Shown here: positions 38,623-49,592 of the stretch, one piece after another
Position numbering within the stretch: position 1 is the stretch's first letter
How the letters are laid out: every line of letters begins with the position of its first letter
Origin: Candidatus Zixiibacteriota bacterium
GTDB taxonomy: Bacteria; Zixibacteria; MSB-5A5; GN15; JAAZOE01
Assembly: GCA_043819555.1 (NCBI GenBank)
Contig: JBDREQ010000020.1
Location: 22,690-86,689 of the forward strand
Reading direction: 5' to 3'
Length of the DNA: 64,000 bases
Program-made: the position numbers and the translations under genes
Notes under the pieces: model-generated
Told to the model about the DNA's origin: nothing
Database searches by the model: none
The model's input: the letters and a program-made list of their open reading frames with translations, nothing else

Positions 38623-39813
38623 ATGGACTCAACAATATTAAGCAGCCCGATTGCGATAATCGTCGTTCTGGCCGGTATCCCTTCATTTTTTTTCTGGTTG
38701 GAGAAAAAAACCGGTTGGTCGATTTTCAATTATTTTCCCCCGCTGATCTTCATTTATTTGCTTCCGGTTTTACTTTCCAATACCGGAGTAATTCCCAATA
38801 AATCGCCGGTTTATGATTTTATGGGAGCCAATATCCTGCCAATGTTTCTGACAATTATGCTTCTTGATGTGGATATAATGGCTACTATTCGCGTTATGGG
38901 TCGCGGTGTCTTTGTAATGTTGATTGGTACCCTGGGGGTTGTAATTGGAGCTCCCATTGCTTTTTTCATTGTCAAATCAGGCTTGGGAGCCGAGGCCTGG
39001 AAAGGATTCGGAGCCCTGGCTGGAAGCTGGATTGGGGGAACGGGCAATATGCTGGCAGTAGCCCAGATGATTGATCTTGACGATACATCACTTTACTATG
39101 GTTATGCCGTCATCGCCGATAATGGCGTTTATCTCGTCTGGCTGCCGATAATGCTGGCCTCAAAGAATCTGGCGGGATGGTTCGGCCGATTCACAAAAGT
39201 ATCCAAAGACCGTTTGGAACGCATGGAGCGAATGGCCAAAGAAATTTCAAAAGATAAGGGCAAAATGCAAATGCGGCATTTCTTATATCTTATCTTTATC
39301 GGATGCGCCGTGACCGCCCTATCGGCCTGGGTATCTCAAATGATTCCCGAGCTGAAGACTTCGGAAGGCACTACGATTTTCTCCGCTAGTACTTACAAGA
39401 TTTTGATAGTGACAATATTAGGGATCAGTCTTTCATTTACCCGAGCCAGCGGAATTCCGGGCTCGCACGCCTTTTCGATGGCGCTCATATATATGTTCGT
39501 CGCCCGCATGGGCGCTCGCGCCGATTTATCAGGTCTCGATATGTCAGTCCTATGGTTTTTACTGGGAGCTTTTATCTGGATATTCATTCATGGCGGTCTT
39601 TTGGTTACGGCCGCGAGGATTTTTAAAGTCGATGTTCATACCGCCGCAATTGCTTCCGCGGCAAATATCGGTGGAGCCGCATCCGCTCCGATCGTGGCCG
39701 CCTATCATAATAAGACCCTGGTACCGGTTTCAATCCTAATGGCGATGCTGGGATATGCCGTCGGCAATCCAGCCGCCTTTTTGGCTGCTATGCTTTGTCG
39801 GTTGGTTGCCTGA
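38623..39813 (+). CDS. DUF819 family membrane protein
   Basis: Multi-TM; LAGSWIGGTGNM and ASAANIGGAASAP motifs. Confidence 0.85.
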   Translation: MDSTILSSPIAIIVVLAGIPSFFFWLEKKTGWSIFNYFPPLIFIYLLPVLLSNTGVIPNKSPVYDFMGANILPMFLTIMLLDVDIMATIRVMGRGVFVMLIGTLGVVIGAPIAFFIVKSGLGAEAWKGFGALAGSWIGGTGNMLAVAQMIDLDDTSLYYGYAVIADNGVYLVWLPIMLASKNLAGWFGRFTKVSKDRLERMERMAKEISKDKGKMQMRHFLYLIFIGCAVTALSAWVSQMIPELKTSEGTTIFSASTYKILIVTILGISLSFTRASGIPGSHAFSMALIYMFVARMGARADLSGLDMSVLWFLLGAFIWIFIHGGLLVTAARIFKVDVHTAAIASAANIGGAASAPIVAAYHNKTLVPVSILMAMLGYAVGNPAAFLAAMLCRLVA

Positions 39814-39814
39814 T

Positions 39815-40498
39815 TTAATTTAGTGAGGGGCTAATCGGGCCGGTAATGCACAAACTATCATAGGCCGGAGTCTTGCCAAGAGTAAGATATTGATTAAACA
39901 ATAGCTGATGTTTTTCGTTAAATATCGAATTGCCATAATTTAATGGACAATACCACCGCAAATTGGCTCCCTCTCCGACGAAAATTCCGAGACTAGTTCG
40001 CCGCACAGTATCACTCCATGTTCCTGCTACGCCAAGAGTATCTCCCGGTTCAACCTGTGATGCTTCCAGAACCGCGACATCCTGGACATGATCATAAACA
40101 ATTGTATATTTCGCTCCCGGAAGGGCTGTCACACGGATTTCAAAATCGCCTTCTTCAACCGGATTGGCAATAATTTCCGAAATAATTCCCGGCGTTACCG
40201 CCTTTACCGCCGAACCGGGAACAGTAAAATAATCGATATACTGCAATAGTTTATTATCATCAACATATGAACCAAAAGGTCGGAATACAGGCGAGAGGTC
40301 AGAAAACGAAATATCTCCCATCGTTTTTGTTATGCCATTATATTGGCCGGCAATAATAACCGGAGTTTCTTCAAAAACCGGAGGCGTTGATATAATGGGG
40401 TCTTCTTCGTCGGAACAAGTATTGAGCACCAATCCCGCGGCAAATAAAAAAACAACCAATAGACTTATTTTATTGATTTTTATTCGCATCATTATCAT
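39815..40498 (-). CDS. Putative lipoprotein with a degenerate M23-like fold
   Basis: Signal ending LNTC; GSAVKAVTPG..YTIVYDH..V..GDTLG pattern but no HxxxD or HxH zinc ligands. Confidence 0.5.
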   Translation of the reverse strand: MIMMRIKINKISLLVVFLFAAGLVLNTCSDEEDPIISTPPVFEETPVIIAGQYNGITKTMGDISFSDLSPVFRPFGSYVDDNKLLQYIDYFTVPGSAVKAVTPGIISEIIANPVEEGDFEIRVTALPGAKYTIVYDHVQDVAVLEASQVEPGDTLGVAGTWSDTVRRTSLGIFVGEGANLRWYCPLNYGNSIFNEKHQLLFNQYLTLGKTPAYDSLCITGPISPSLN

Positions 40499-40510
40499 TC
40501 TTTCGTCTAA

Positions 40511-42016
40511 TTATTCTTTACCGGATGATTCGTTATTAACTGCATATTTCCTGTATATCTTAAATGTCTGATCTTCATAAACTTTTTCCCAATGCTTCAT
40601 AATCGTTTTAAATCCATTTTGATTTACGTCACGGCCGCCAATTATGGCAATCTTTATATTATACTTGCGGCAAATGAAATCGACTAATTCCGGTTTGTTT
40701 GACGCCATAAAATCATTATAATCCTTTAGCATTTCACTAGCGAGTTTTGAATTTAATTGAAAGTATTCTCCGGACAGATGGGCTACCAATGTCCTTACTG
40801 GAATATAAGGCATAATGAAATTACTGTACGTTATTGTGCTCGCCAGAATATAATCATCAGCCATAACAAAACCTGGCAAATTATTTTTCAGGCCGCCGCC
40901 TATTTGCCTGTAATTTAAGTAATTGGACTTCTCGTTTTCCAGATAATCAAAAGAGCGATATAAATGTTCGCCAATGCCATACAGTACAAAGGCAACGATA
41001 ATGCCCTGGGCGACCAGCTTCAATTTTATTGATTCGCGCAAATACTTAATCATATAAGCCGTCAATACAAGACCAAAAAGGAAAAATATCCTGGGGCCGT
41101 ATTGATAGACGTTGTAATGGTATGATGTAAATAAATAAGCTATCAGGAAAACGAATATAAAGAAATGGATTGAATTCGATTTTCGAATTCCCATGACCCC
41201 GGTTATGAATATCGCCAGTGTGATGAATACCTGCCAATGAGTTATTTGACCATCAACAGGATACAATAAATATCCAATGAATTGTTTAAGCCAGTCCGGG
41301 TCAGGCCAGCCCCGCCAAAACGAAAAAGCTGTCGTCCCGGCCATCTGATAACTGAAAATGATGTACGCTTGTATTAGAAACGGAATGATTGCAACCAGAA
41401 AAGTGGCGATCAATATCGCAGTTTTAGACCATTGCCGTCTCCAAAAGATTTCATAGAGAAAGATAAATCCAATGACAAATAAATATACTGGAGAGATTAT
41501 GAAAGCGATTCCCCATAGAATTCCTGTCAGAATGCGTGTTAAATTTGTTTGTTTTTCTCTAAGATAGATCCATATTCCGGCGATAAAAATAGGCAGTGAA
41601 AAATAAAATGCTGTCGCCAAAAAGAGATATCCCGGACCCATATACTGATTAATGTAAGGAATCATTGCTGACGTCAACAAAGCCGTCGTTTTATCGAATA
41701 TTCTGCATAGCATTAAATAAGAAAAAATTAAAAGCAGCCACACATTGATGATTGCCATAAACAGGGGCATAATCTCAAGCGAAATTCCGATAGATGCCGC
41801 GCCGGATAAAAATAAATGATAAAAAGGCGGATGAAAGGACGGGAAGCCGGTGACTGGATCGTCATATAAATTACCGCGCATAACCGCCAATGTTTTAGCT
41901 TTCATATATTGAATATCGGGCGTGTGAAAATACGGAGGCGATTGGAAAATAAGAAGAGGGCCGATAATCACAATAATTATCAGCCCCAAAAATATCTCAT
42001 GAGTATATTTATTCAT
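40511..42016 (-). CDS. GT-C-type (ArnT/PMT-like) membrane glycosyltransferase
   Basis: About 11-13 TMs; first-loop PD..Y and HPPFYH motifs; periplasmic C-terminus ending WEKVYED..FKIYR. Confidence 0.6.
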   Translation of the reverse strand: MNKYTHEIFLGLIIIVIIGPLLIFQSPPYFHTPDIQYMKAKTLAVMRGNLYDDPVTGFPSFHPPFYHLFLSGAASIGISLEIMPLFMAIINVWLLLIFSYLMLCRIFDKTTALLTSAMIPYINQYMGPGYLFLATAFYFSLPIFIAGIWIYLREKQTNLTRILTGILWGIAFIISPVYLFVIGFIFLYEIFWRRQWSKTAILIATFLVAIIPFLIQAYIIFSYQMAGTTAFSFWRGWPDPDWLKQFIGYLLYPVDGQITHWQVFITLAIFITGVMGIRKSNSIHFFIFVFLIAYLFTSYHYNVYQYGPRIFFLFGLVLTAYMIKYLRESIKLKLVAQGIIVAFVLYGIGEHLYRSFDYLENEKSNYLNYRQIGGGLKNNLPGFVMADDYILASTITYSNFIMPYIPVRTLVAHLSGEYFQLNSKLASEMLKDYNDFMASNKPELVDFICRKYNIKIAIIGGRDVNQNGFKTIMKHWEKVYEDQTFKIYRKYAVNNESSGKE

Positions 42017-42038
42017 TTGAGCCCGTGTAAAATATTTA

Positions 42039-45002
42039 TCACTGCTTCATTTCGCAGCATTTTTTATATTTCTTGCCCGAACCGCATGGGCAGGGATCAT
42101 TGCGCCCGACTTTTGGCTGATCTCTCTTAATCGGTTTTTGTTTGCCTCTCTTGCTCGCTTCCGCCATAGGGCTTTTGCCCAAATTACTTTCAGCATCGCC
42201 GGCGCTTTGTTCTGCGGATGAATATCCCATCCCTGTTGTATCGGCATGGCTGGCGACCAGATGGGGCATGGGCCGGTCGGTCCGTGGTTTTTGCGCCGCC
42301 GATTGAACTTGCATGCGGAAGACTTTTCCCACCGTATCCCGATCAATATTATCGATCAGAGCAGAAAACAAGGTAAAGGCTTCTTTCTTATATTCCATTA
42401 GTGGATCGCGCTGTCCATACGCCCGCAGTCCGATTCCGGTGCGAAGCTCGTCTATTTCATTAAGATGATCGCGCCAGTATTGATCAATGGTTACCAGGGC
42501 CGCGTATCTTTCCAAACGGCGCATCAGTTCCGGCCCATAAGCGTCTTCCTTGTTCTGATAAATTACCAAAGCCGCCTGCTTTATCTGTTCGAATAATTTT
42601 TCACGGGTCAAATCCTGAATATCATCATCCTTAAATTTCAAATCGAGAAGGAAGGAATGCAAAACCTGTCTGCGTAATTCAAATAGATTCCAATTTTCCG
42701 GGTATTCTTTTTCAGGACAATTAGCCTCAATAATAGCTTCAATATTGATATCGATCATTTCCATAATCGTAGATTTAATATCTTCGTTTTCCAAAACCCG
42801 CAGGCGCCGTCCATAAACCACTTCGCGCTGCTGATTCATAACGTCGTCATACTTCAAAGTATGTTTGCGGATGGAGAAGTTTTGCGCTTCAACTCGTTTC
42901 TGGGCCCGTTCAATTGCCTTTGAAATCATGCTGTGAGTGATAACTTCGCCCTCTTCGACGCCAAGTCTGTCCATTATGCCCGCGATGCGATCCGAACCAA
43001 ACAGACGCATAAGATCGTCTTCCAAGGAAAGGAAAAACTGCGATGAACCGGGATCGCCCTGGCGTCCTGAACGTCCTCGCAGCTGCCGATCGATGCGCCG
43101 CGATTCATGCCGTTCAGTTCCGAGGATATGCAGCCCCCCCGCCTCTACGACGGCCTCACTGAGTTTAATATCCGTGCCTCGTCCGGCCATGTTGGTTGCG
43201 ATTGTTACTGCTCCGGTTTGTCCCGCTTCGGAGACAATTCCTGCTTCCTGCTGATGACGCTTGGCATTTAACACATTATGCTTGATGCCTGTTTTCTGCA
43301 ACATCCGCGACAGGATTTCACTTACTTCAACAGAAATCGTACCGACCAGGACAGGTCGACCGATTTTATTCATCTCCACAATTTTATTTATAATAGCGGC
43401 GTATTTTTCGCGCCGCGTTCGGAAAATTTCATCCTCCATATCATCACGAATGACTGGGCGATCAGTTGGTATGACAACCACATCTAACTTATAAATATCA
43501 AAAAATTCGGACGCTTCTGTTTCCGCGGTACCGGTCATACCGGCCAGTTTTTTGTACATCCGGAAATAATTCTGGAGAGTGATTGATGCCAGAGTCTGTG
43601 TCTGAGCTTCAACTCGAACGCCTTCTTTGGCTTCAATGGCTTCGTGCAGGCCATCACTAAAACGCCTGCCCGGCATGAGCCGTCCGGTGAATTCATCGAC
43701 TATGAGGACCTTTCCTTCCTGAAGCACATATTCATTATTCTTTTCATAAAGAGAATAAGCTTTCAGGAGCTGGCTGATATTGTGGACTTTTTCGGATCGC
43801 TCCCCATGAATTTTATAAATCGCGTCAGTTTTTTGAGTTTTTTCCTCAACCCCCATCGATTCGTCCCCTTCAATCATCGACAGCTCGGTGGAAAGATCGG
43901 GGATGACAAATAATTCCTGTACATCTGCGGGAAACTGAGAACGGCCATTGTCGGTCAAATCAATTGAATGCTCCCTTTCGTCAATGACATAATAAAGCTC
44001 TTCATCGAGTTCAAACATTTTTTTATCGCGCAACAATGCCCCTTCGGTCTGCTGAATCAGCTTTTTAATGCCTGACTCTTTTTCCATACGCAGGAGCTTT
44101 TTGTGCTTGGGTGCGCCGCGCCGCGCCGACAATAGGCGCAAGCCGGCTTCGTATTCGTTTCCCTCCTTAAGGAATTTTTCCGCTTCGGTGATATACTGGT
44201 TTACCAGGTTGTTTTGTTTTCTGACCAATTGATCCACATACGGCTTCATTTCTTTGTAACGTCCCGTATCGCTCGATTCAACTGTTCCCGATATGATCAG
44301 CGGCGTTCGAGCCTCGTCAATCAGGAGGGAATCGACTTCGTCGACAATGGCGTAATTATACCCGCGATGCACCCGGTCTTCAGCCGTTTGAACCATATTA
44401 TCGCGGAGGTAATCAAAACCGAATTCATTATTTGTGCCATGCGTGATATCACAATTGTATTCAACTTTGCGCTCCGCCGGAGACATGTCGTGCTGAATAC
44501 ATCCCACCGTCAAACCCAGAAATTCATAGATTTTGCCCATCCATTGTCTGTCGCGCAAAGCGAGGTAATCGTTGACGGTGACGACATGGACCCCAAAGCC
44601 GGTCAGCGCATTAAGATAAACCGGTAATGTCGCCACCAGCGTTTTACCTTCACCGGTTGCCATTTCGGCTATTTTGCCCTGATGAAGGACGATCCCACCA
44701 ATTAGCTGAACATTGTAAGGAATCATATTCCATTCGGTCTCTATTCCAGCAACTTCCCAGGATTGACCGTAAAGGCGTTTACAGGCTTGCTTGACCAACG
44801 CGAACGCTTCGGTGAGAATATCTTCGAGTGTCTCGCCGTTGGCCAGTCGTTTTTTGAATTCTCCGGTTTTTGCTTTTAGCTCGTCATCGGTAAGAGAATC
44901 AAAAAGGTCGTAATGGCTGTTTATTTCGTCTACAATTGGTTTAAGTTTTTTTATATCGCGATCGTGCTTGGTGCCGAACATTTTTGTAATCAGACTTTTC
45001 AT
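42039..45002 (-). CDS. secA: Preprotein translocase SecA
   Basis: [24 protein letters not shown] and [13 protein letters not shown] motifs; C-terminal [17 protein letters not shown]. Confidence 0.99.
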   Translation of the reverse strand: MKSLITKMFGTKHDRDIKKLKPIVDEINSHYDLFDSLTDDELKAKTGEFKKRLANGETLEDILTEAFALVKQACKRLYGQSWEVAGIETEWNMIPYNVQLIGGIVLHQGKIAEMATGEGKTLVATLPVYLNALTGFGVHVVTVNDYLALRDRQWMGKIYEFLGLTVGCIQHDMSPAERKVEYNCDITHGTNNEFGFDYLRDNMVQTAEDRVHRGYNYAIVDEVDSLLIDEARTPLIISGTVESSDTGRYKEMKPYVDQLVRKQNNLVNQYITEAEKFLKEGNEYEAGLRLLSARRGAPKHKKLLRMEKESGIKKLIQQTEGALLRDKKMFELDEELYYVIDEREHSIDLTDNGRSQFPADVQELFVIPDLSTELSMIEGDESMGVEEKTQKTDAIYKIHGERSEKVHNISQLLKAYSLYEKNNEYVLQEGKVLIVDEFTGRLMPGRRFSDGLHEAIEAKEGVRVEAQTQTLASITLQNYFRMYKKLAGMTGTAETEASEFFDIYKLDVVVIPTDRPVIRDDMEDEIFRTRREKYAAIINKIVEMNKIGRPVLVGTISVEVSEILSRMLQKTGIKHNVLNAKRHQQEAGIVSEAGQTGAVTIATNMAGRGTDIKLSEAVVEAGGLHILGTERHESRRIDRQLRGRSGRQGDPGSSQFFLSLEDDLMRLFGSDRIAGIMDRLGVEEGEVITHSMISKAIERAQKRVEAQNFSIRKHTLKYDDVMNQQREVVYGRRLRVLENEDIKSTIMEMIDINIEAIIEANCPEKEYPENWNLFELRRQVLHSFLLDLKFKDDDIQDLTREKLFEQIKQAALVIYQNKEDAYGPELMRRLERYAALVTIDQYWRDHLNEIDELRTGIGLRAYGQRDPLMEYKKEAFTLFSALIDNIDRDTVGKVFRMQVQSAAQKPRTDRPMPHLVASHADTTGMGYSSAEQSAGDAESNLGKSPMAEASKRGKQKPIKRDQPKVGRNDPCPCGSGKKYKKCCEMKQ

Positions 45003-45268
45003 TCAAATATTCTCCCCAAATGTAATCTCATATAATAATAACCACCGTTCAGTCAAACAAGTCTTTTCATACGTCATAGATTATACAAATACTAGCGGTT
45101 ACTATTCACTAATTGTGAGAAAAACAGGATTCTTTGTCCAAAGTCTCATTTATGTAATTCTGGCTCATTATGAAAACGGCTAATGCGGTTTATGCCTTGC
45201 GTTATAAATAAATTATGAATCTTTTTGATTACACCGCTTTCAACAGAATCATCGCATAATCATCAGAC

Positions 45269-46270
45269 ATGCAGTTCAAACGGTTGACCTTGCAAGATAA
45301 AAACAATATATTTAACTTAATCTCAGGGAGAATAAATACGGACAGGAATACGGAAAAAAAGGAAGGGATTGTTACCCGGGGGCATGGAAACCGTTTCATT
45401 GTCTTCTCTGACAACGAATATATTCCCTGCCAGCTTAGGGGCATAGTTAAACATAAAACTTCTCATTCCACACCGGTTGCCGTTGGAGATAATGTTTTGA
45501 TATCACTTATTGATGACGGCGAAGGAGTAATCGAAGAAATACTTCCAAGAAAATCGGTTCTTTCTCGGCCGGTAACCGGCCGAGAATCGCATGAGCATGT
45601 TATAGCCGCCAATGTTGATTCGCTTATAATTGTTACTTCAATAAAACAACCGCTTCTCAAATCCGGTTTAATTGACAGATTCCTGATTGCCGCCCAGGTT
45701 GGCCAGTTGCATCCGGTTATTGTCATTAATAAAATCGATCTTGGACCTGAACCGCATATTAATGAAATTATAGAAACCTATCGTGATTTAGGTTTTGATC
45801 TGTTTTTAACATCGGCCAATGAAGAAAAGACCAAACCTGAGAATGAACTCAATTTATTCGGCAAGTATTTAAATAATCACAAGTCGATATTGGCGGGCCA
45901 TTCTGGCGTTGGAAAATCTTCGCTGTTGAATCTTCTAATACCGGGCTTAAATTTGCCGACATCGAGCATATCGAAATCAACCAATCGCGGCCGCCACGCG
46001 ACCAGTTGGATGGAGTTAATTCAATTACCGGGAGGCGGTTTTGTCATTGACAGCCCCGGCGTAAAAGTACTTGGTTTATGGCAAGTTGAAAAAGAAAATA
46101 TACTCAAGTATTATCCCGAAATGATGGACTTTCAGGGCGAATGCCGTTTTATGCCTTGTACTCATACTCATGAGCCCGATTGCGCCATAAAGAAGGCCGT
46201 GGAATCCGGAAAGATTATGAAATTTCGCTACCGCAATTATCTCCAGATTTATGAATCGCTTGAGAGCTAA
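45269..46270 (+). CDS. rsgA: Ribosome small subunit-dependent GTPase RsgA
   Basis: Circularly permuted NKID / GHSGVGKSS / DSPG motifs; C-terminal CRF..CTH..EPDC zinc motif; true start may be slightly downstream. Confidence 0.95.
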   Translation: MQFKRLTLQDKNNIFNLISGRINTDRNTEKKEGIVTRGHGNRFIVFSDNEYIPCQLRGIVKHKTSHSTPVAVGDNVLISLIDDGEGVIEEILPRKSVLSRPVTGRESHEHVIAANVDSLIIVTSIKQPLLKSGLIDRFLIAAQVGQLHPVIVINKIDLGPEPHINEIIETYRDLGFDLFLTSANEEKTKPENELNLFGKYLNNHKSILAGHSGVGKSSLLNLLIPGLNLPTSSISKSTNRGRHATSWMELIQLPGGGFVIDSPGVKVLGLWQVEKENILKYYPEMMDFQGECRFMPCTHTHEPDCAIKKAVESGKIMKFRYRNYLQIYESLES

Positions 46271-46328
46271 TTTTATATAAGGGGCAAAGGAATCATATTT
46301 TGGGCCGAAAATATACATAAGGATATGT

Positions 46329-47231
46329 ATGATCTCGAAAAATGTAGAATTTAAGGTTGGGTTGCTGGTTTTAGTCGGGGCGGCGATTGTGGTTTTCTCC
46401 ATCTGGCTGGCCAAAGGTTACCGCTATGGACAGGATTACTATTCCGTATCAGTTGTGTTTCCCGAAGTCGGCGCGCTGGCGACCGGCGATCCGGTTGCGG
46501 TATCGGGTGTAACTAAAGGAAAAGTTAAAAACATAAGCCTTTATGAAGGCCAAGTCTTAACGGTTTTGGATATGGCTACAGATGTGCAGCTAAAAGAAGA
46601 CGCGACTTTTATTGTAAAAAATATCGGCCTCATGGGCGAGCGATTTATTTCGGCTAAAACCGGCGTATCAGATATTCCTCTGGCTCCAGATCGTCCCGCA
46701 CTTGGCACTTTCGACCCTGGAATCCCTGAAGTAATGGGCATGATGGGTATGGTAATATCAAATATGAATCGACTTGTCACTTCGCTTGAACAGACTGTCA
46801 TATCGCCGCAAACGCTGGATAAATTTTCCATGACAATTTCAAACTTACAGGCCTTGACCAACAGATTAGAATCGGCGGCCGAATCGGACCTGCCCAAAAT
46901 CGATACCGCCCTGGATAATTTTGTCAGCCTGTCGGAATCATTGAAGGCCGGCGTTGATCGCAATCGACCTCATATCGATTCCGCCGTCCAAAATATGAAT
47001 GAAGCAGGCAAGAGGTTTCTAACGCTTCTTGATGATATGGATGAGGCTTCGCAAAAACTTAAATCATTCGCAACCGATTTAGATAATTCCGACGGTACCA
47101 TGCGGATGCTGATGGAAGACCGGCGGCTATATGATGATCTCCGAGCCACGTCAAAAAAACTCGACAGCCTGGTAACAGATATCCGCGCCAACCCCAAAAA
47201 ATATATCAATTTTTCGCTGGAGATATTCTAA
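46329..47231 (+). CDS. mlaD: MlaD/MCE family protein
   Basis: EFKVGL TM, GDPV.VSGV..GKV, GLMGERFI and a helical tail ending DIRANPKKY. Confidence 0.88.
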   Translation: MISKNVEFKVGLLVLVGAAIVVFSIWLAKGYRYGQDYYSVSVVFPEVGALATGDPVAVSGVTKGKVKNISLYEGQVLTVLDMATDVQLKEDATFIVKNIGLMGERFISAKTGVSDIPLAPDRPALGTFDPGIPEVMGMMGMVISNMNRLVTSLEQTVISPQTLDKFSMTISNLQALTNRLESAAESDLPKIDTALDNFVSLSESLKAGVDRNRPHIDSAVQNMNEAGKRFLTLLDDMDEASQKLKSFATDLDNSDGTMRMLMEDRRLYDDLRATSKKLDSLVTDIRANPKKYINFSLEIF

Positions 47232-47233
47232 TA

Positions 47234-49423
47234 ATGAAATTCAAGCTGGCTTTCGCTCTGCATAATCATCAGCCGGTCGGTAATTTTTCGGCGGTTTTCG
47301 AAGAAGCGCATAACAAATGTTATGCGGCCTTCATGGAATTGTTAAAAAAATATCCCGAATTAAAAATTTCCTTGCATCAGTCGGGGATATTATGGGATTG
47401 GCAGAAGCAGCATCATCCCGAATATTTTTCGGCAATTGGGGAATTAGTTGATCGAGGTCAAATAGAATTAATATCAGGGGCCTTTTATGAACCCATCCTG
47501 ACGGCCATTCCGGATAGGGATAAAATCGGCCAGATAAATTCATTAAACTCATTTTTGAAAAATCATTTTGAAGTGCACGCGCGGGGGATGTGGTTAGCCG
47601 AACGAGTATGGGAGCCGCATTTGCCCAAAGTTATCAATCAATGCGGCCTTCGGTTTCTTCCTCTTGATGATACGCATTTTTATTTTGCCGGTTTGCGTGA
47701 GGATGAAATGTATGGTTCATATATTACCGAGGAAGAAGGACGGAATATCACGCTTTTGCCGATTTTAAAGGACCTGCGCTATTTAATCCCTTTTGGTACT
47801 CCCGAAAAAATTATTGAGTTTTTGCGCAATGCCGCGGCTCGTCATCCGGGAGGAATGGCGGTTTATGCCGATGACGGTGAAAAATTCGGAGTCTGGCCGG
47901 GAACCTTCAAGCACTGTTACACCGATGGCTGGCTGAAGCGATTTTTAAATATTTTAAATGAAAACTCTGACTGGCTGGAGGTCGTCAGTTTGGGGCAGGC
48001 TGTGGAAGAAAATCCACCTCTGGGAAGAGTTTACCTGCCATCGGCTTCCTATTCGGAAATGCTGCACTGGGCTTTGCCCGCCGACGGAGTGGCGGCCTTT
48101 GAAGAATTTGAAAATCGGCTGAAAGAGTGCGATTTGTTTTATGAGAACGAGCGATTTGTGAGGGGAGGACATTGGCGCGGATTTTTGACCAAATATCCCG
48201 AATCGAATTTGATGCATAAAAAGATGCTGGCCGTTTCAAAGATGCTTGAAGAAGTTTCCAAATTAGACAACATAGATTTTGAACGATTGGCCAAAGCCAG
48301 AAATTTTCTATACGCCGGACAATGCAACTGCGCTTATTGGCATGGTGTCTTTGGAGGACTCTATCTTCCTCATTTACGGTGGGCTATTTATAATAAGCTG
48401 ATTCGGGCCGAAACAATTTTGCGCCAGCTGTGCGGCCGCGAAGTTTTTTATAACTTCGAAGACATTGACCATGACGGCTTTCGAGAAGTAAGATTGGGTA
48501 ATAAAGAATTGTCTATAACCATTTCACCGCAAAAAGGCGGACAGATAATTGACTGGTCATGTCACAGTAGCAACATCAATCTCGTTGACTGTCTGGCTCG
48601 ACGCCGTGAAGGTTACCATAAAAAGCTGATGGAATTTCGGTCCTCAGATCAAAACACTGTGACAAAATCGATCCATGATTTGGTGGCGGTCAAGGAAAAT
48701 GGTTTGGAAAGATTACTGGCTCAGGATAAGTACCTAAGACGCCCATTAACCGATCATTTTTTCCAGGAAGGAATGGAACTTGATTCATTCTTCAGCGGAA
48801 GTTATAAGGAGCTTGGGGATTTTGTCAATGGCGCATTTGACCCGAGTTTTGTCGAGTCAGATGACAGTTACCAGTTAATTTTATCCAGGCGGGGCAATGT
48901 TTGGTACGGAGATTATCATTGCCCTTTAAAATTAGACAAAGAAATCATCTTTCCCAGACATGGCAATTCGATTCAAGTAAAATATCGTTTACTGCAAAAT
49001 AGTCTGGAAATCATGCCCGTTAATTTTGCTGTTGAATTTGATTTTAACCTGTTGGCTCCCGAGGCCGAAAATCGTTATGTCTTAATAGATGGCATACGGC
49101 CCCACGAAAGATCCAATCTGGGCGCCATTGACGCAACCGGTCCCGCCTCGAGTATTTCTCTTAATGACGAAAACCAGCAAGTGGGCATTCAAATCATTTC
49201 CGACAAATTGGGCAAAATTTGGCGTGTTCCCATATTTTCCGTTTCTATTTCTGAAGAAGGATTCGAAAAAATTTATCAGGGAACGTCAGTGTTATTCCTG
49301 TTTGATAATTCCCTTGTCTCGGGCCGGGAACAAATTATTAAGTTTGATATTTATACAGGCCCCCTGGATTTAATGCCTGCCCTAAATTCTCCCGAATGCA
49401 AGGCTATTCCAGAGACAAAATAG
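47234..49423 (+). CDS. GH57 4-alpha-glucanotransferase/alpha-amylase
   Basis: HNHQP, GMWLAERVW (nucleophile Glu), DDGEKFG (acid/base Asp) and QCNCAYWHGVFGGLYLPHLR motifs. Confidence 0.92.
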   Translation: MKFKLAFALHNHQPVGNFSAVFEEAHNKCYAAFMELLKKYPELKISLHQSGILWDWQKQHHPEYFSAIGELVDRGQIELISGAFYEPILTAIPDRDKIGQINSLNSFLKNHFEVHARGMWLAERVWEPHLPKVINQCGLRFLPLDDTHFYFAGLREDEMYGSYITEEEGRNITLLPILKDLRYLIPFGTPEKIIEFLRNAAARHPGGMAVYADDGEKFGVWPGTFKHCYTDGWLKRFLNILNENSDWLEVVSLGQAVEENPPLGRVYLPSASYSEMLHWALPADGVAAFEEFENRLKECDLFYENERFVRGGHWRGFLTKYPESNLMHKKMLAVSKMLEEVSKLDNIDFERLAKARNFLYAGQCNCAYWHGVFGGLYLPHLRWAIYNKLIRAETILRQLCGREVFYNFEDIDHDGFREVRLGNKELSITISPQKGGQIIDWSCHSSNINLVDCLARRREGYHKKLMEFRSSDQNTVTKSIHDLVAVKENGLERLLAQDKYLRRPLTDHFFQEGMELDSFFSGSYKELGDFVNGAFDPSFVESDDSYQLILSRRGNVWYGDYHCPLKLDKEIIFPRHGNSIQVKYRLLQNSLEIMPVNFAVEFDFNLLAPEAENRYVLIDGIRPHERSNLGAIDATGPASSISLNDENQQVGIQIISDKLGKIWRVPIFSVSISEEGFEKIYQGTSVLFLFDNSLVSGREQIIKFDIYTGPLDLMPALNSPECKAIPETK

Positions 49424-49592
49424 TCGATTAGATATATTTTTTTTGTAAGTTCAGGCGGCGCCTTTTCTCTTTTCCCCCCCAATGCTGCATATTAATTGCG
49501 TATATCTATATTAAATCGGGTTGCGGTTTCAATCAGAAATAGCAATATTTAATGAATTCATCAGTTTGTGTAAATATAAAAGGAGATGATGG

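Noticed and set aside
43800-44260. Large insertion in the SecA preprotein cross-linking domain
   Set aside because: Resembles insertions typical of FCB-group SecA; used only as a taxonomic hint
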